Shown: positions 1 to 13,204, numbered from the whole stretch's first letter. The stretch: DNA of 63,953 bases, filler included, from Octopus bimaculoides (GCF_001194135.2; 7 parts of 6 records of this genome joined end to end with filler, not necessarily neighbours in it), one strand, 5' to 3'. The notes: generated from the sequence alone by a model not told the origin. Numbers and translations: made by a program.

Positions 1-50
<50 letters not shown>

Positions 51-54
51 TATA

Positions 55-330
55 CAGGGTCTTGCAAATAAATTGAGACAATCTTTACGATGCATAAAAC
101 TAGTTACAAATACTGAAATATTGGTAGTAGACAGATACAATTTTAATGTAACATTTATTACAAGAAAAATATTTATCACTCAATATGGCCGCCATTTTGG
201 GCAATTACTGCCTCCACACGATAACGTAATTGTTATGCAACTGCCGCGATGCAGGTCTTCAAACTGTTGACTCTCGAGTGTGGTGAAGCATTGGTCCTTG
301 CTTGAAGTCCGCTCCATAAAAAGTAATCCA
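55..330 (-). mobile_element. Tc1/mariner-superfamily DNA transposon remnant (transposase C-terminus plus one terminus)
   Basis: Minus strand reads DYFLWSGLQARTNASPHSRVNSLK...VEAVIAQNGGHIE* across a frameshift, the usual Tc1/maT C-terminus. The left end is TA|CAGGGTCTTGCAAATAAATTGAGAC. Confidence 0.7.
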
Positions 331-544
331 GAAGGTAAACTTAGGTATGCGAATAACGAGAGAAACAACTGGAAAACAAGACAAGTAACATAAAGAACGA
401 CCCTTCATCAGTTGTCGGCTGTTCATCTACTCCGCATTTCGAGCAATTAACGACAATATGAGGCTTCGAAAAACAGTTGCTCCCGCGAACCAAAATAAAA
501 TTTGGGATTTGCGGAAGGTTGTTCGCATACCCAAGTTTGCCTTC
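331..544. mobile_element. MITE with 27-bp terminal inverted repeats
   Basis: 331-357 GAAGGTAAACTTAGGTATGCGAATAAC versus the reverse complement of 518-544, GAAGGCAAACTTGGGTATGCGAACAAC (3 mismatches). The right end continues CCTTCG|TA, a mariner-like terminus. No ORF. Confidence 0.75.
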
Positions 545-821
545 GTATTTCATGTTGTTTGTGTTTTGTGGCGTCCTGTACCCATATATGCGTATATATA
601 TATATATATATACACATATATNNNNNNNNNNNNNNNNNNNNNNNNNNNNNNNNNNNNNNNNNNNNNNNNNNNNNNNNNNNNNNNNNNNNNNNNNNNNNNN
701 NNNNNNNNNNNNNNNNNNNNNNNNNNNNNNNNNNNNNNNNNNNNNNNNNNNNNNNNNNNNNNNNNNNNNNNNNNNNNNNNNNNNNNNNNNNNNNNNNNNN
801 NNNNNNNNNNNNNNNNNNNNN

Positions 822-864
<43 letters not shown>

Positions 865-1049
865 GCACGCGCACATATGCGGACTGGATATTCTGCTATC
901 CTAATGTATTTTGACTCGTTTTGAAGTTAGGCCTACGACAATAATTCTAGTAAGTTGGAAAGAGAATCGAGGTAAACAGCATTACTTTTATTTAACAGTT
1001 CACCAATAATCGGCCATGTATGGACACTTAGTGTGCAGAGTACACTAAT

Positions 1050-1431
1050 ATTCGGCATTGGTTAACAAAAAGCGACCTCTTTTACAGCAAGACAACACGA
1101 CCTCACACCACTCGAACGATCCGAAAGAAACTCCAATAAGTTGAGGGAATTGAACTGATACCACACCTAACATAGTTCTGGCCTAGTGCTCACTTTCTGC
1201 GCTCACAAGGCTTCATCAACCAAGAGAAAGTGGAAGCTTCAGTGAAGGCGTTCTTCGCCTAGAAGGACAAGAACTGGTATCAGAGTGAGATGAAAGGACT
1301 GGGAGAAAGCTGACTTCAGACGATACAGCACAATGGCCTCTACTTTGAATTCTAAGCTGATTTTATAATAACTTGACAAATAAAACAAATAGGCAACCAA
1401 AATATTGCATAACTTTTGACTCAACATAATA
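1050..1431 (+). mobile_element. mariner transposase 3' remnant with right TIR
   Basis: ALVNKKRPLLQQDN..RPH, then IELIPH, then EKVEASVKAFFA*KDKNWYQSEMKGLGES*LQTIQHNGLYFEF*. TIR TTGCATAACTTTTGACTCAACATAA followed by TA. Confidence 0.8.
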
Positions 1432-1443
1432 TGTATATATACA

Positions 1444-1500
<57 letters not shown>

Positions 1501-1539
1501 ATACGACAAATTTCCAGAAAGTTTTCGTCTGTTCACAAG

Positions 1540-1652
1540 GCATTGATTGGTCCGGAACTATAATAGAAGATACTTACCCAAGGTATCTTATCTTGCAATG
1601 GGACTAAACCCGAAACTACATGACTACAAAGCAAACTTCTTAACCACAAATC
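1540..1652 (-). mobile_element. tRNA-derived SINE family A, degraded head
   Basis: Reverse complement resembles the head and central part of the copy at 4159-4588. Confidence 0.6.
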
Positions 1653-2744
1653 ATACTTGATACGGGTAAATACCGACATCAAATTCCTATTAGGGAAGAA
1701 TCTCGTCGTTATGAAGCCTAAAATAATTATAAAAGTTGAAGAGGATTTTCCAGAGACGCTATCTACACGAAAAACGGCAGTAACGTTAGTTATGGCCATC
1801 ACTTTTAATGTAGCGAGGAGAAAGTATCCAACAAATTGATAGTACTTATGTAATAATAAGTAGAAGACATTAGGTTACTGATGAAGAAACAAGGGTGACA
1901 ACACCGAATATGTTTTGATCTTATGAAACCTCCTCAGAGAAACATACTTTACTTCGCTCTTATCAGATTAATGACAAAGAAATCACTATATTTATAAGGT
2001 TATTTATACTGTGTATAATCTTATCGTGTTCTATTATCTATTTCCCAGTTGCATAGATAAGGCTTCCAATTTACAGTAATTTAAGTTCAAATATAGTGCA
2101 TTCGTTTCTTTTTGATTTGGGAGTGTGATTAATCGCATGTACTTCAGTTCGTCATGGTTCACCAGACAGTTCATTATGGTTCATTTAACAGTCGGAAATA
2201 AGTAACAGGTCATCTGGAAATGTTACCTGAGATAGAACGGCTTTCTATTCAGAGAATGTTTATTTTTCATCCGCTTAAAACTATGAACTTAAAAAGATAC
2301 ACACTGATGCTCGAAAGCTGCCATCCATCGCGTTTTGAAACATGTTTTTGTTACATAGCTATAGAAAACAAAAACCTGAATGTCACACTATATCATTATG
2401 ATTTTCCTATAACAATTAAGGCCTTCTGTTTTTGAAATAAAAACATATATAATCAATAATGGTATTAATCTGAATACGGACATAAATCCAACAGGGACGT
2501 CGATCCAATCAAATATGGAAGCCACATCTCTAGATAAAACGTGTTTCTTCCATATTATATTGCTTCAAATATTTTTATAGTTATCTCTTCCAGTTCAGTT
2601 GTTGTCTAGTGAATATTTGTTAAATATCAAGTTGTCCTCGTAGAAAATTCAATTTCATTCATTTTTTCTCCTTCTCAACCTTCATGATTTACTGAATATC
2701 TGTTTTAATAACAACAGTTATTATTTAAACAGAGTAAGACTGGG

Positions 2745-3245
2745 AACGGTAGAAGCGTTAGCACCTCGGACAAAATACTTAGCGACATTTCTTCCGGCTT
2801 TATGTTCTGAGTTCAAATGTCGCAGAGGTCGGCTTTGTCGTTCATCCTTTCTGGGGTCGATAAAATAAGTTACCAGTTGAGCACTTACTCGCTGTTATTC
2901 GCTCCCTCAAAATTGCTGGCCTTGCGCCAAAATTTGAAGCAGTTATTCAAATAAAAAGCGCGAGCTGGCAAAAGCATTAGCGCATCGGACAAGTTGCTTA
3001 GAATTTCTTCGGGCTCTTTATGTTCTGAATCCAAATCCAACCGAAGTTGACCTTGCCTTTCATTCCTCTTGAGATCGATAAAATAAAGTGTTAACCAAGT
3101 ACGAGGGTCGATGTAATCGACTTGCCTTCTCCCCTCAGTATTGCTGTCCATGTACCAAACTTAAGACCAATTATTTAAACAACGAAGTAGCGAGCTGGAA
3201 GAATTTTTAGTACGTCTGACAAAATACTTAGCGACATTTCTTCTA
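2745..3245 (+). mobile_element. Cluster of three degraded SINE family B copies
   Basis: Repeated GAGCTGGCAGAA...TTAGC...GTTCTGAGTTCAAAT...TTTCATCCTTTC..GGTCGATAAAATAAGT-like blocks near 2745, 2955 and 3185. Confidence 0.65.
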
Positions 3246-4158
3246 GATCGAGTACTTCTCCTTGTCCATTGTAAAGATTACCCGCTATTGTCTTTTAACT
3301 GAGTGCCAGGTAATTTTCTTTCTCTGTTTAGTTCCAGCTCTAAAAGAGCTTTGATGTATCGACATTATTTCTTAAACAGTTTATAATGTTCTTTAGTTGT
3401 CTGCCAAATAATTTCACCTCAGGGCCATCTGTCTCACTCGGATTCTCCTCCTGTAACCCTTGCTATATCTCATCATCCTAATTCCGCATTAAATACTACG
3501 CCAAATCATCCTTCTTCAGAACAATAACCCTCCTGGGAAACGTTTCTTTATCTCTGTGTTTCCGGCAGACCCTGACATCAACTGCATCGATGATTTCGCA
3601 AGCCTGAGGGTGTCTGCAAAAAGCATGGGCCTTGCCTCTTTTCCTCTTGTTTTGATAAATTCTACAATATCTGGGGAAAATTTTTTCAATGTTGCATGCA
3701 TCAGCTCAACATAACAATATGATGCAACTTAGTAACCGTAACAACAGAAAAAAAAAACCGAAAAAAACAGGCGTCGCAATTATGTTTATGTGATTTCGAG
3801 TTCGATCCCACGGCGTGTTATTTTGGGGCAAGTGTCTTCTACCATTGAGTAGAAACCGGGTGGACGGAAAGTTATGAAAGCTTATTGCAAGTATCGTTCA
3901 TATTCTTGAGTAATTGACTTAATCTGTTACTCGCCTAGTATTTGGGTACCTTCTTGCAGTATATATCGGCTGCAAGCTTTAGAAACCAATTCTTTAAAAT
4001 GAAGATAATTTTCTTCTTCTCGGAAACCCTTAAATGCACACACGCATGGCATTCGTCCATTGACAAAGCTATGGAAAAATATGAATGTGATTAGGCTTTG
4101 TGGAATTTTGATTTCACATGACTTTATTTCAGATTAGTTGTGTGTGATTATATTTTTT

Positions 4159-4324
4159 CAGGAGTGGCTGTGTGGCAAGTAGCTTGCTTACGAACCACAT
4201 GGTTCTGGGTTCAGTCCCACTGCGTGACACCTTGGGCAAGTGTCTTCTACTATAGCCTCGAGTCGACCAAAGCCTTGTGAATGGATTTGGTAGACGGAAA
4301 CTGAAAGCCCGTCGTATATATATA

Positions 4325-4355
<31 letters not shown>

Positions 4356-4588
4356 CTGTGTGTGTGTCTGTGTGTGTGTGTGTCTGTGTGTTTGTTCCCC
4401 AACATAGCATGACAACCGATGCTGGTGTGTTTACGCCCCCGTAACTTAGCGGTTCGGCAAACAGACCGATAGAATAAGTACTAGGCTTACAAAAAATAAG
4501 TCCTGGGGTCGATTTGCTCGACTAAAGGCGGTACTCCAGCATGGCCACAGTCAAATGTCTGAAACAAGTAAAAGAGTAAAAGAGTAAA
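4159..4588 (+). mobile_element. Full-length composite SINE family A: tRNA-like head, internal (TA)n(TG)n, 3' module, (GTAAAAGA)n tail
   Basis: A-box-like TGGCTGTGTGG and B-box-like GGTTCAGTCCC, a CCTTGGGCAAGTG block, microsatellite at about 4314-4389, and a 3' end CCAGCATGGCCACAGTCAAATGTCTGAAACAAGTAAAAGAGTAAAAGAG. The same layout recurs elsewhere in the window. Confidence 0.85.
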
Positions 4589-5282
4589 TCTGGTCACTTT
4601 CACCATTTTCTTATTTCGTATACAATTTACAGGCCATTACAAGCACCATTCCATACCTCTGCAGCATAGTTACTTCTCCAAAGCTTCTAATCTTATATTA
4701 CAAACGATCATCCAGACACTTTTGTCACCAATGTGTTCCATTATATAACCCACTCATTTCATGTCGTATTATTCTGATCAGTTGCTCACTCAAGCAAATT
4801 CCAAATGCGTAGTTATGTCTTCCCACAAGGCCCCATGAGACTACAATCCGGTGGATTATTCTTTTCTTTTCGGCAAATAATTCTATACTTTTCCCCATTT
4901 CATGCATAATCTCATTTATGAAACTATTCACGTACTCTGGCACTACCATCCATTCATGTAACCGGATTATCCAAATATTCGGCTTATGCGTCTTTCTATA
5001 GGAAGCAGAAAGCTATGGAAGCGTTTAGATGATGCCATTCGACTTAATCTGCGATACAGTCATCTATTATCAATTAGTGTATCATTTTTAAGTAAACCCT
5101 AGCACTTACCGTTGTGGCTCATATCCCACATTTTATTCCAATCGATGTTGCTATTTGATATATAAAAGAGCAGAACTTCAGGCAATGAATGATGCTGTAC
5201 GATGTATTCGTATAGATATTTGAACTACTGTTTTAGCTTATTTCACTTCAAATAATCATAGCGTTACCATTCAACGCAAGTG

Positions 5283-5585
5283 AAGGCGCATGGCTTAGTG
5301 GTTAGAGCGTCGAGCTTGCAATCGTAAGGTTGTAAGTTCGATTTCCAGATTAGCCTTTTGCTGTGTTCTTGATCCAGACTCTTTATTTCACGTTGCTTCA
5401 GTTTACTCAGTTGTAGAAATGAGTTGCTACGTCACTGGTTCCAAGCTGTATCAGCCTTTGTCTTTCCCTTGAATAACATCAGTGGCATGGAGAGGGGAGG
5501 CTAGTATGCATGGGCGGCTGCTGGCCGTCTATGAACAATCTTGCACGGTTTGGTCCTCTCAGTACAATACCAAAGCGGTCATCTT
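5283..5585 (+). mobile_element. tRNA-derived SINE family C
   Basis: GGCGCATGGCTTAGTGGTTAGAGCG (A box)...GTAAGTTCGATTTCC (B box), followed by non-tRNA body. Related heads lie at 13004-13125 (-) and about 17780 (+). Confidence 0.7.
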
Positions 5586-5709
5586 TTTTTTTTTCGCCAT
5601 TCAATGCTATCTAATTCCAACAGCATATTTGATTCTGTTTTTATTTATTTATTTATTTATAATTTTAACCGGAAATATTTGTAGGTTTTAAACAGATTAT
5701 TATAGTTTA

Positions 5710-5925
5710 TCTTTATCGTCTACTTGTTTCAGTCATTAAAGAGCAGCCTTGCTGGGACACCACCTTCAAGGGTTGAGTGGAACAGATCGACCCCAGTGCT
5801 TATTTTATTCAAAGTCTGGTACTTATTTCTGTCATTAACTTTGCCAAAACATCTAAGTTACGCGAAGGTAAACAAACCAGCAACGGTTGTCAAGCGGTTG
5901 GGTTAGAACAAGCAGAGAGACAAAG

Positions 5926-6009
<84 letters not shown>

Positions 6010-6160
6010 GTACCAGATTCAGTGACAAAGAATTGGTCGGCTCGAGGGGGTCTTTTAGTAGAAGCCATTTACTCAAGGTGTCCGCAGTGGGACTGAACCC
6101 GAAACAACATGGCTTAAAGGCGAACTTCTTAACCAACAGCCCATGCCTGCACCTGCGCCT
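5710..6160 (-). mobile_element. Composite SINE family A, older copy with internal (CA)n
   Basis: 3' module at 5710-5925, (CA)n at 5928-6009, head at 6010-6160 ending CCTGCGCCT. Confidence 0.75.
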
Positions 6161-6707
6161 GCAATTCCACACAGGGAGCGAAGAATGTTAAGATTAGAGT
6201 ATTTAGTTATGTAGATATTTTGTACCTTTCATATTTCTAGCATTGTCGCCGTCGTCATCGTCATCCTCATCCTCCTCATCAGCATCAATATCAACATCAT
6301 CATCATCATCTATACTTCTTTGGGAGGTACATTATCGTCTGACAGGACTGATTCGTCAATTTGTAGACACTCTCTTTCATAATGCTCTTGGAGAATAACA
6401 GCAGGAGGTACACATTATTCCTAGCCGATAAAAGAGCCATATTAAGAAATCTCAGCGCCCAAGCTTCTATCTGAACAACAGAAGTGAGATTTTTAATCCT
6501 TGCCTACAGGAAAGGAAGTACATTCTATCGCCATTTCCCCAAATTCGGCCCTCACATCAACAATACCTGGGATTCGACAAAGCGTTTTACCAGAGCATAC
6601 ACAAACGTACTCACAGATACATACGCACCCAAATACGGTGGACATCTACCCAATAGATTCTATTTACACTTATCACCCCAATAATATAAGCCCCTACTCA
6701 TATAGTA

Positions 6708-7100
6708 CTCTTTATTCTTTTTACTCTTTTACTTGTTTCAGTAATTTGACTGCGGCCATGCTGGAGCACCGCCTTTAGTCGAGCAAATCGACCCCAGGAC
6801 TTATTCTTTGTAAGCCTAGTACTTATTCTATCGGTTTCTTTTGTTGAACCGCTAAGTTACGGAGACGTAAACACACCAGCATCGGTTGTCAAGCGATGTT
6901 GGGGAGACAAACACAGATACACAAACACACACATATATATATACATATACTATATACGATGGGCTTCTTTCAGTTTCCGCCTACCAAATCCACTCACAAG
7001 GCTTTGGTCGGCCCGAGGCTATAGTAGAAGACACTTGCCCACGCAGTGGGACTGAACCCAGAACCATGTGGTTGGTAAGCAAGCTACTTACCACACAGCC
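6708..7100 (-). mobile_element. Composite SINE family A, young copy running into a gap
   Basis: Close reverse complement of 4159-4588. Internal (CA)/(TA) tract at about 6908-6957 and tail TCTTTTACTCTTTTAC. Confidence 0.85.
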
Positions 7101-7619
7101 NNNNNNNNNNNNNNNNNNNNNNNNNNNNNNNNNNNNNNNNNNNNNNNNNNNNNNNNNNNNNNNNNNNNNNNNNNNNNNNNNNNNNNNNNNNNNNNNNNNN
7201 NNNNNNNNNNNNNNNNNNNNNNNNNNNNNNNNNNNNNNNNNNNNNNNNNNNNNNNNNNNNNNNNNNNNNNNNNNNNNNNNNNNNNNNNNNNNNNNNNNNN
7301 NNNNNNNNNNNNNNNNNNNNNNNNNNNNNNNNNNNNNNNNNNNNNNNNNNNNNNNNNNNNNNNNNNNNNNNNNNNNNNNNNNNNNNNNNNNNNNNNNNNN
7401 NNNNNNNNNNNNNNNNNNNNNNNNNNNNNNNNNNNNNNNNNNNNNNNNNNNNNNNNNNNNNNNNNNNNNNNNNNNNNNNNNNNNNNNNNNNNNNNNNNNN
7501 NNNNNNNNNNNNNNNNNNNNNNNNNNNNNNNNNNNNNNNNNNNNNNNNNNNNNNNNNNNNNNNNNNNNAGAGAGAGAGAGAGAGAGATATGTATGTATCT
7601 TTGTATGTATGTATGTATG

Positions 7620-7651
<32 letters not shown>

Positions 7652-8260
7652 AGCTACTTCAGCAACTGCTTCTTGTTCATTTTAAACACACAACAACAAA
7701 ACGTGATTACGCACTTCCATGCATACTTTGCGTGGTAATTAACAAGAGAAGAAACGAAAGGTAAATCAACTCTCACATTCTCGAGCATATCCCATTCACC
7801 CATTCTGATCTACGTAGGTGCTTACATAACATTGATAAGCTTGCATTTGCCTACGTCGTCGTATAGTTAGTTTTCAACAGCTTACTTGAATATTTCAGTT
7901 TCCGACAGCCTTCTAATACTTTCAATTTCGAGGACGAATTCATATTCCTGTCTGATAACAATTATGTATTTCTGTTTTTCTTTCCCTCAATCATTTTGAT
8001 GCCGGTATTAGTGGTTTCAAGAGAAGACACCGCATATTTCTGGCGTCTTTTGCGCTTTTCGTTTCATATATTTCAGATTTTGTTTGTTTTGTTTCTGTGA
8101 AATCATTTCGTTTTGTTGTTTTTCTACGTTTTTTCTTTTTCTCTTTTAATTATTATGAGAGTTTATAAAATGTTTAAATATCTGAGATCATCAATCGTTA
8201 ATACGATAATTATATTACGACTACTAACATCATCTTTCATGACAAAAAATTTATATCTAA

Positions 8261-8300
8261 CTAGCAGAGATAACCGGCGTTGCTCGGGATTAAAATGATA
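8261..8300 (-). mobile_element. Isolated Helitron 3' terminus
   Basis: Reverse complement TTTAATCCCGAGCAACGCCGGTTATCTCTGCTAG|T closely matches the 3' end of the Helitron at 48660-48694. Confidence 0.65.
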
Positions 8301-8371
8301 TAGTTTTTTATTGTTTTACTTGTTTCGGTCATGTAGCTGCGGCCATGCTGGAGCACAGATTTCAGTCAAAG

Positions 8372-8618
8372 AAATGAAGTCGCACGAGTTTGGTTCCGGA
8401 CGGCAGAGTTGCTTGAGAGTAACGCGACACTCGCGGTGCCATTCGCTTAGCCTCGGTCTCTATTTGATCCACGACTGCAGTTCGGCCAATGACACGAGCT
8501 GCGGGAAAGCGCGCCGCACAAACGGCGACCACACCTGTTCCCCGTCGTCTATGAACCGCCGGAGATGTCGTAGTCGTCTCAGCGCATGTCTACGCATCAT
8601 CAACCACGGTATGCCTAA
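8372..8618 (-). mobile_element. Tx1/L1-clade LINE ORF2 fragment (post-RT region)
   Basis: Frame absent from the ORF track: LGIPWLMMRRHALRRLRHLRRFIDDGEQVWSPFVRRAFPQLVSLAELQSWIK*RPRLSEWHRECRVTLKQLCRP. Fits the (GG)LG.P.L...RL..L.R motif of L1/Tx1 ORF2 and is homologous to 34500-34720. Confidence 0.7.
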
Positions 8619-8652
8619 GATAGATAGATAGATGTGTGTATATACATATGTG

Positions 8653-8886
8653 TTATTTCTTTACTGCCCACAAGGGGCTACACACAGAGGGGACAAACAA
8701 GGACAGACAAACGGATTAAGTCGATTATATCGACCCCACTGCGTAACTGGTACTTATTTAATCGACCCCGAAAGGATGAAAGGCAAAGTCGACCTCGGCG
8801 GAATTTGAACTCAGAACGTAGCGGCAGACGAAATACCGCTAAGCATTTCGCCCGGTGTGCTAACGTTTCTGCCAGCTCACCGCCTT
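8653..8886 (-). mobile_element. Full-length SINE family B
   Basis: Minus strand runs AAGGCGGTGAGCTGGCAGAAACGTTAGC...GTTCTGAGTTCAAATTCCGCCGAGGTCGACTTTGCCTTTCATCCTTTCGGGGTCGATTAAATAAGTACCAG...GTGGGCAGTAAAGAAATAA. Confidence 0.85.
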
Positions 8887-8906
8887 ATACATGTGTATAT
8901 ACATGT

Positions 8907-8967
<61 letters not shown>

Positions 8968-9686
8968 CAAAAGTTACGAAATGGAGTAGATAAGATCTGA
9001 GCTACATATGTTCCATAGCGAAGTGATAAATATCCAAGAGAAGTGTATACCGCAGGCTACTCTTCAGGCCGAGGATATCTTGATTAAATGAAATGTTACA
9101 TTGTCGCAAGAAAGTAGGAACATGTTGATGCCTGGAAAGTTCACCCCGTCAGAAACTTCGTTTCTACCTTCACGGTCGTCACTGATAAAAAACAACACTA
9201 ATATTGTCACTGACAATGCTATCAAATCTGAGAGCTGTCATCTAACATGGCGTTCGTTTTCTTCTCACATCGCTTGGGCTTTACATTTAAATCAATAATT
9301 ATTCCGGTGAAATTATAAAGTTCCCGAAATAAAAAAAAATTTAAAAAGACACAGCCTTCCTATTTTATGCATTAAGTGGTTATGAAATTACTGGAAGCCG
9401 AAACCACTTCACAGCGAAGCAGCTACGAAAACAAACATATTTTGTTGTTTGAGAAATGGCTGCCACAACTATTGTTATCCCACATTTTGTGATCTTATTT
9501 TATTTACTGAAGGCATACCAAATGAAACATCTGCCTCAGAAAGGGGAGCAGCAAAATGTAAACAAACAGCTTTCCTCGTTGCCACCAACCTCGCAGTCAA
9601 CTAACAAAGATATTTTTCCATAGGAAACTAACCTGACAGAGATGACTGCAATACACACACACACACGCGCGCGCAGATACACACTC

Positions 9687-9719
<33 letters not shown>

Positions 9720-12581
9720 TGTAGGTATGTATGTGTTTGTGTTTATGTGTTTCGAATATGTAAGCAAGTATGCATGTAAATATGTATGTATATTTGTATG
9801 TATGAATGTACGTATGTATGTAGTAAGAAATAGGGGGAGGGAGATTAAAAACAATTAAAAGCCGTAGTTTGAGAAGAACTTTTCCAATTTCTGTATGCTA
9901 AGTCAACAAACCGTTTGTCGAGAGCAGGGAGAAAACCAATCACTCTCATGTCAAAAGTTATTTACGATTACGCTGTGGATGTTATGAAAATATGTAATAA
10001 CACGTTTGCGTAATCAATAACTGCCCGAATACAGTAGCTCAAAGTCAGATACCCGACTGGATAACAAAAATAGAAGGAAAGCTTCAACAACCGGCGCAGC
10101 TGAATCAGACGTTTCAGATACCATCTTAAGGTGTAAGATTAATTATACTGTTTAACACGATTTTTGTCCTTGGGTTGCAACTGTTATTTCTTATTTGCTT
10201 GCCCTAGAAAGTATAAAAATAGCTAATATTTCCTTCAAACTTTGCATTTGTTACATCTATTCAAACTTCAAGGAATCCCTCTCAATACATGGCTATGATG
10301 CCGCCCCCCCCCGCCCACCACCACACCCCTGTTCATGATCAGAGATGCACATATTGTCAGCCACTAAGGGACATGCTCAAGTAGTTAAAGCCAAGCAACT
10401 GACAAGCAAAATATGTGGTATTGAGCAAAATATTTGCTATAACGATATTTCTGCTTCAGCAACTCAGCACTGGATCTGCTTGAAATGTAATGGAAAATAG
10501 GTCAGTTTCAAAATATTGATGTTCAGGTCACAAAGGAAAGTTTGAAGGGAATAGTAGTGATTTCCTATCATTCCTAGGTAGAAGCAAATAAGAAATAACA
10601 CTTACTGACCAAAGACAAAGAAATAAAATAAAATAAAATAAAAATTTTGTTACACAGTGTTATAAGTTTAAGTTGTGCCAATTACACTTTATTTTATGAA
10701 GAAATGAAAAGACGATTTATATGTAGAGAATCTACACTTTAAACTTGAGAAATTATTAAAGTTAATATATAAAATATAAAACTCCGAACATTGAAAGAAA
10801 ATTGTCTTATAGAAAATGGCGATTTTGTCGAGTCAGCATAGGGCCTCTAACTTACATGATGTATGGCGGAAACAAATATCGCCTTCAAGAAAAATTCATG
10901 AAAATGGGCGCCTTCTTAGGAAGATTGAATTATTTCAGTCTGAGATCTGGAATGAGAGGAATGACTTCAATTAAAATATATCATTGCTAGATACAATCAT
11001 TACTCTGGTTTTCGTCTGTTTTAGTCATAACATTGGGGCCATGCTGGAACACCTCCTTGAAGTGTTTAGTCGAACAAATTGACCTCAATGCTTTTCTTAA
11101 GCTTGTTACTTATTCCATCGGTGTCTTCCTGCCGAATCAATAAGTTACGGATGTATAAACAAACCAACACGGTTGTTATGCAGTGGTGGTGAAGAAACGG
11201 CCAAATGGGAAGTTCTAGAAACCTAATCGTTGAATACTAGATAAAATTACCCGTGCAACTGTACTTCTCAAACTTTTTAAAATATCGCCTCCCTTTCTTC
11301 TACTTACTTATTTTAAAACTCCATCTGGCAACGACTCGTCAAAATTGAAGAGAGCAAAAGAAAAAAAAAACTGCTGCCGACAGTTTCATCACCATTAAAC
11401 GATAACTTGCAATGTCAGAGAAATATTTTACTAGTATAACTCAATGTTATCAGATGATTCATAAACAGAATAAAAAATATTTTTGAAAATTAAGAGAGGC
11501 ATTTATCGCCTTTCGTTGTTCACCGCCCACCCCAAATTCTGTATAAGATCTAAAAGGAAAACGAATCTACGTACTAGTTTGATGCAAACAGATCTTGTAG
11601 CCAAGGATGAAAAGACTGACTTAGCAAAAACTATTTAAGCTAGTTTGGGAAATTCCTCTAAAGTTATTGAGAGTCGACAGTAACTAATAGGTAAGCAGAG
11701 GGAAAGGCGGAAGTGTGGTATTTTGCCGAACAACTTCAAAATCATAAAATTATTCTCTCTGAACTGGAAACAAGAAAATTAAAACTGCACAAACCTTGCG
11801 GTAGTATGGTTTGATCACAGAAAGATTTTTGTTTTTCTTACTGGAATCATTACACCCGAAAAAAAAATTGAATGGTTCCCAAAAACTCGCTCAATAATTC
11901 TTTCACTTGTAACTGAGCGCATAACGATATTATACATTTTTCGGGAAAATATTCCAAGATTCCAAGAAGAGAGTCTGTCAGTGCTTCTGTTTATTTGACT
12001 ACTACATCTGCTGTGATACTTGTTTTTTTACAAACCTCCAGGGTCTATAAAAGAAAGATACACTAATATAATCCATAATTTCTTTGTTGTTGATCTAAAT
12101 AGTCTATCATCAAACGTAGGGTATGTAAGACTACAATTACAACGTACCATCTTAATAAAAAAAAGGTAGTTTGCATTGGTTACATGGGTCAATGTAAACT
12201 GTCTTTTTTATTGAGACGGTACGTTGTAATTTTAGGGATTTTCCTGCTATTTCTAGCAAGTTGAGTGAGAGTATAGAGATTAACGTCGACCATATCATGA
12301 TAATTGTTTTGCATTCTTTAGTCTAAGATCAAATTTGATGGAACAGAGATACGATCAAAGGCGCTCCAGCAGTAACCATCCTGTTGTTTTTTTTCTTTTA
12401 GGCATCTTGGATTTAGGATCATATAACCCGATAAGATATCCCTGTGTTGTTTTAAAGGAAGTCGAGAGTGATTTGAAAGAGAGATTAGAGGGAAATTTCT
12501 AGCTGAGGAAGCAATTGTGTAAAAAATCCTTTTATAAATAAATTCATTGGCGTTGATAAGTTGATTATGTTATCGTTCAGT

Positions 12582-12903
12582 GAGGCGCAATGGCCCAGTG
12601 GTTAGGGCAGTGGACTCGCGGTCATAGGATCGCTGTTTCGATTCCCAGACCGGGCGTTGTGAGTGTTTATTGAGAGAAAACACCTAAAGCTCCACGAGGC
12701 TCCGGCAGGGGATGGTGGCGAACCCTTGCTGTACTCTTTCGCCACAACTTTCTCTCACTCCTACTTCCTGTTTCTGTTGTGCCTGTAATTCAAAGGGTCA
12801 GCCTTGTCACACTGTGTCACGCTGAATATCCCCGAGAACTACGTTAAGGGTACACGTGTCTGTGGAGTGCTCAGCCACTTGCACGTTACTTTCACGAGCA
12901 GGC
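12582..12903 (+). mobile_element. tRNA-derived SINE family D (3' end lost in gap)
   Basis: GGCGCAATGGCCCAGTGGTTAGGG (A box)...GTTTCGATTCCC (B box), then about 250 bp of non-tRNA body. No acceptor stem or cloverleaf closure. Confidence 0.7.
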
Positions 12904-13003
12904 NNNNNNNNNNNNNNNNNNNNNNNNNNNNNNNNNNNNNNNNNNNNTTAATTAATTAANNNNNNNNNNNNNNNNNNNNNNNNNNNNNNNNNNNNNNNNN
13001 NNN

Positions 13004-13125
13004 GAACTGGAACGACGTGAAATAAAGTATCTTGCTCAAGAACACAATGCGTAGCCCGGTCCGGGATTCGAACTCACAACCTCACGATCGTAAGCTTGAC
13101 GGTCTAACCACTGAGTCATGCGCCT
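13004..13125 (-). mobile_element. tRNA-derived SINE family C head
   Basis: Reverse complement AGGCGCATGACTCAGTGGTTAGACCG...GTGAGTTCGAATCCCGGACCGGG. Confidence 0.7.
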
Positions 13126-13126
13126 A

Positions 13127-13198
<72 letters not shown>

Positions 13199-13204
13199 TG
13201 TATG

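Noticed and set aside
1878-1912. CTGATGAAG-N18-CGAATATG, with the same spacing as the Penelope hammerhead at 20.1 kb
   Set aside because: Stem II pairing and GAAA are lost. At best a dead remnant, and too short to support.
3250-3700. Stop-interrupted minus-strand frame (..EENPSETDGPEVKLFGRQLKNIINCLRNN..)
   Set aside because: Vaguely like the LINE pre-RT region, but no diagnostic motif. Not annotated.
8311-8631. 106-aa Cys/Arg-rich + strand ORF
   Set aside because: It is the antisense shadow of the Tx1 ORF2 fragment on the minus strand.
10802-10990. Two overlapping short open frames, one starting AAAATGGCG
   Set aside because: Under 65 codons, no motif, no convincing splice pair. The minus-strand GTAAGT exon candidate has stops in all frames.
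5283-13125. tRNA-like sequences at 5283, 12582 and 13125
   Set aside because: They have A and B boxes but no closed cloverleaf, and continue into SINE bodies.
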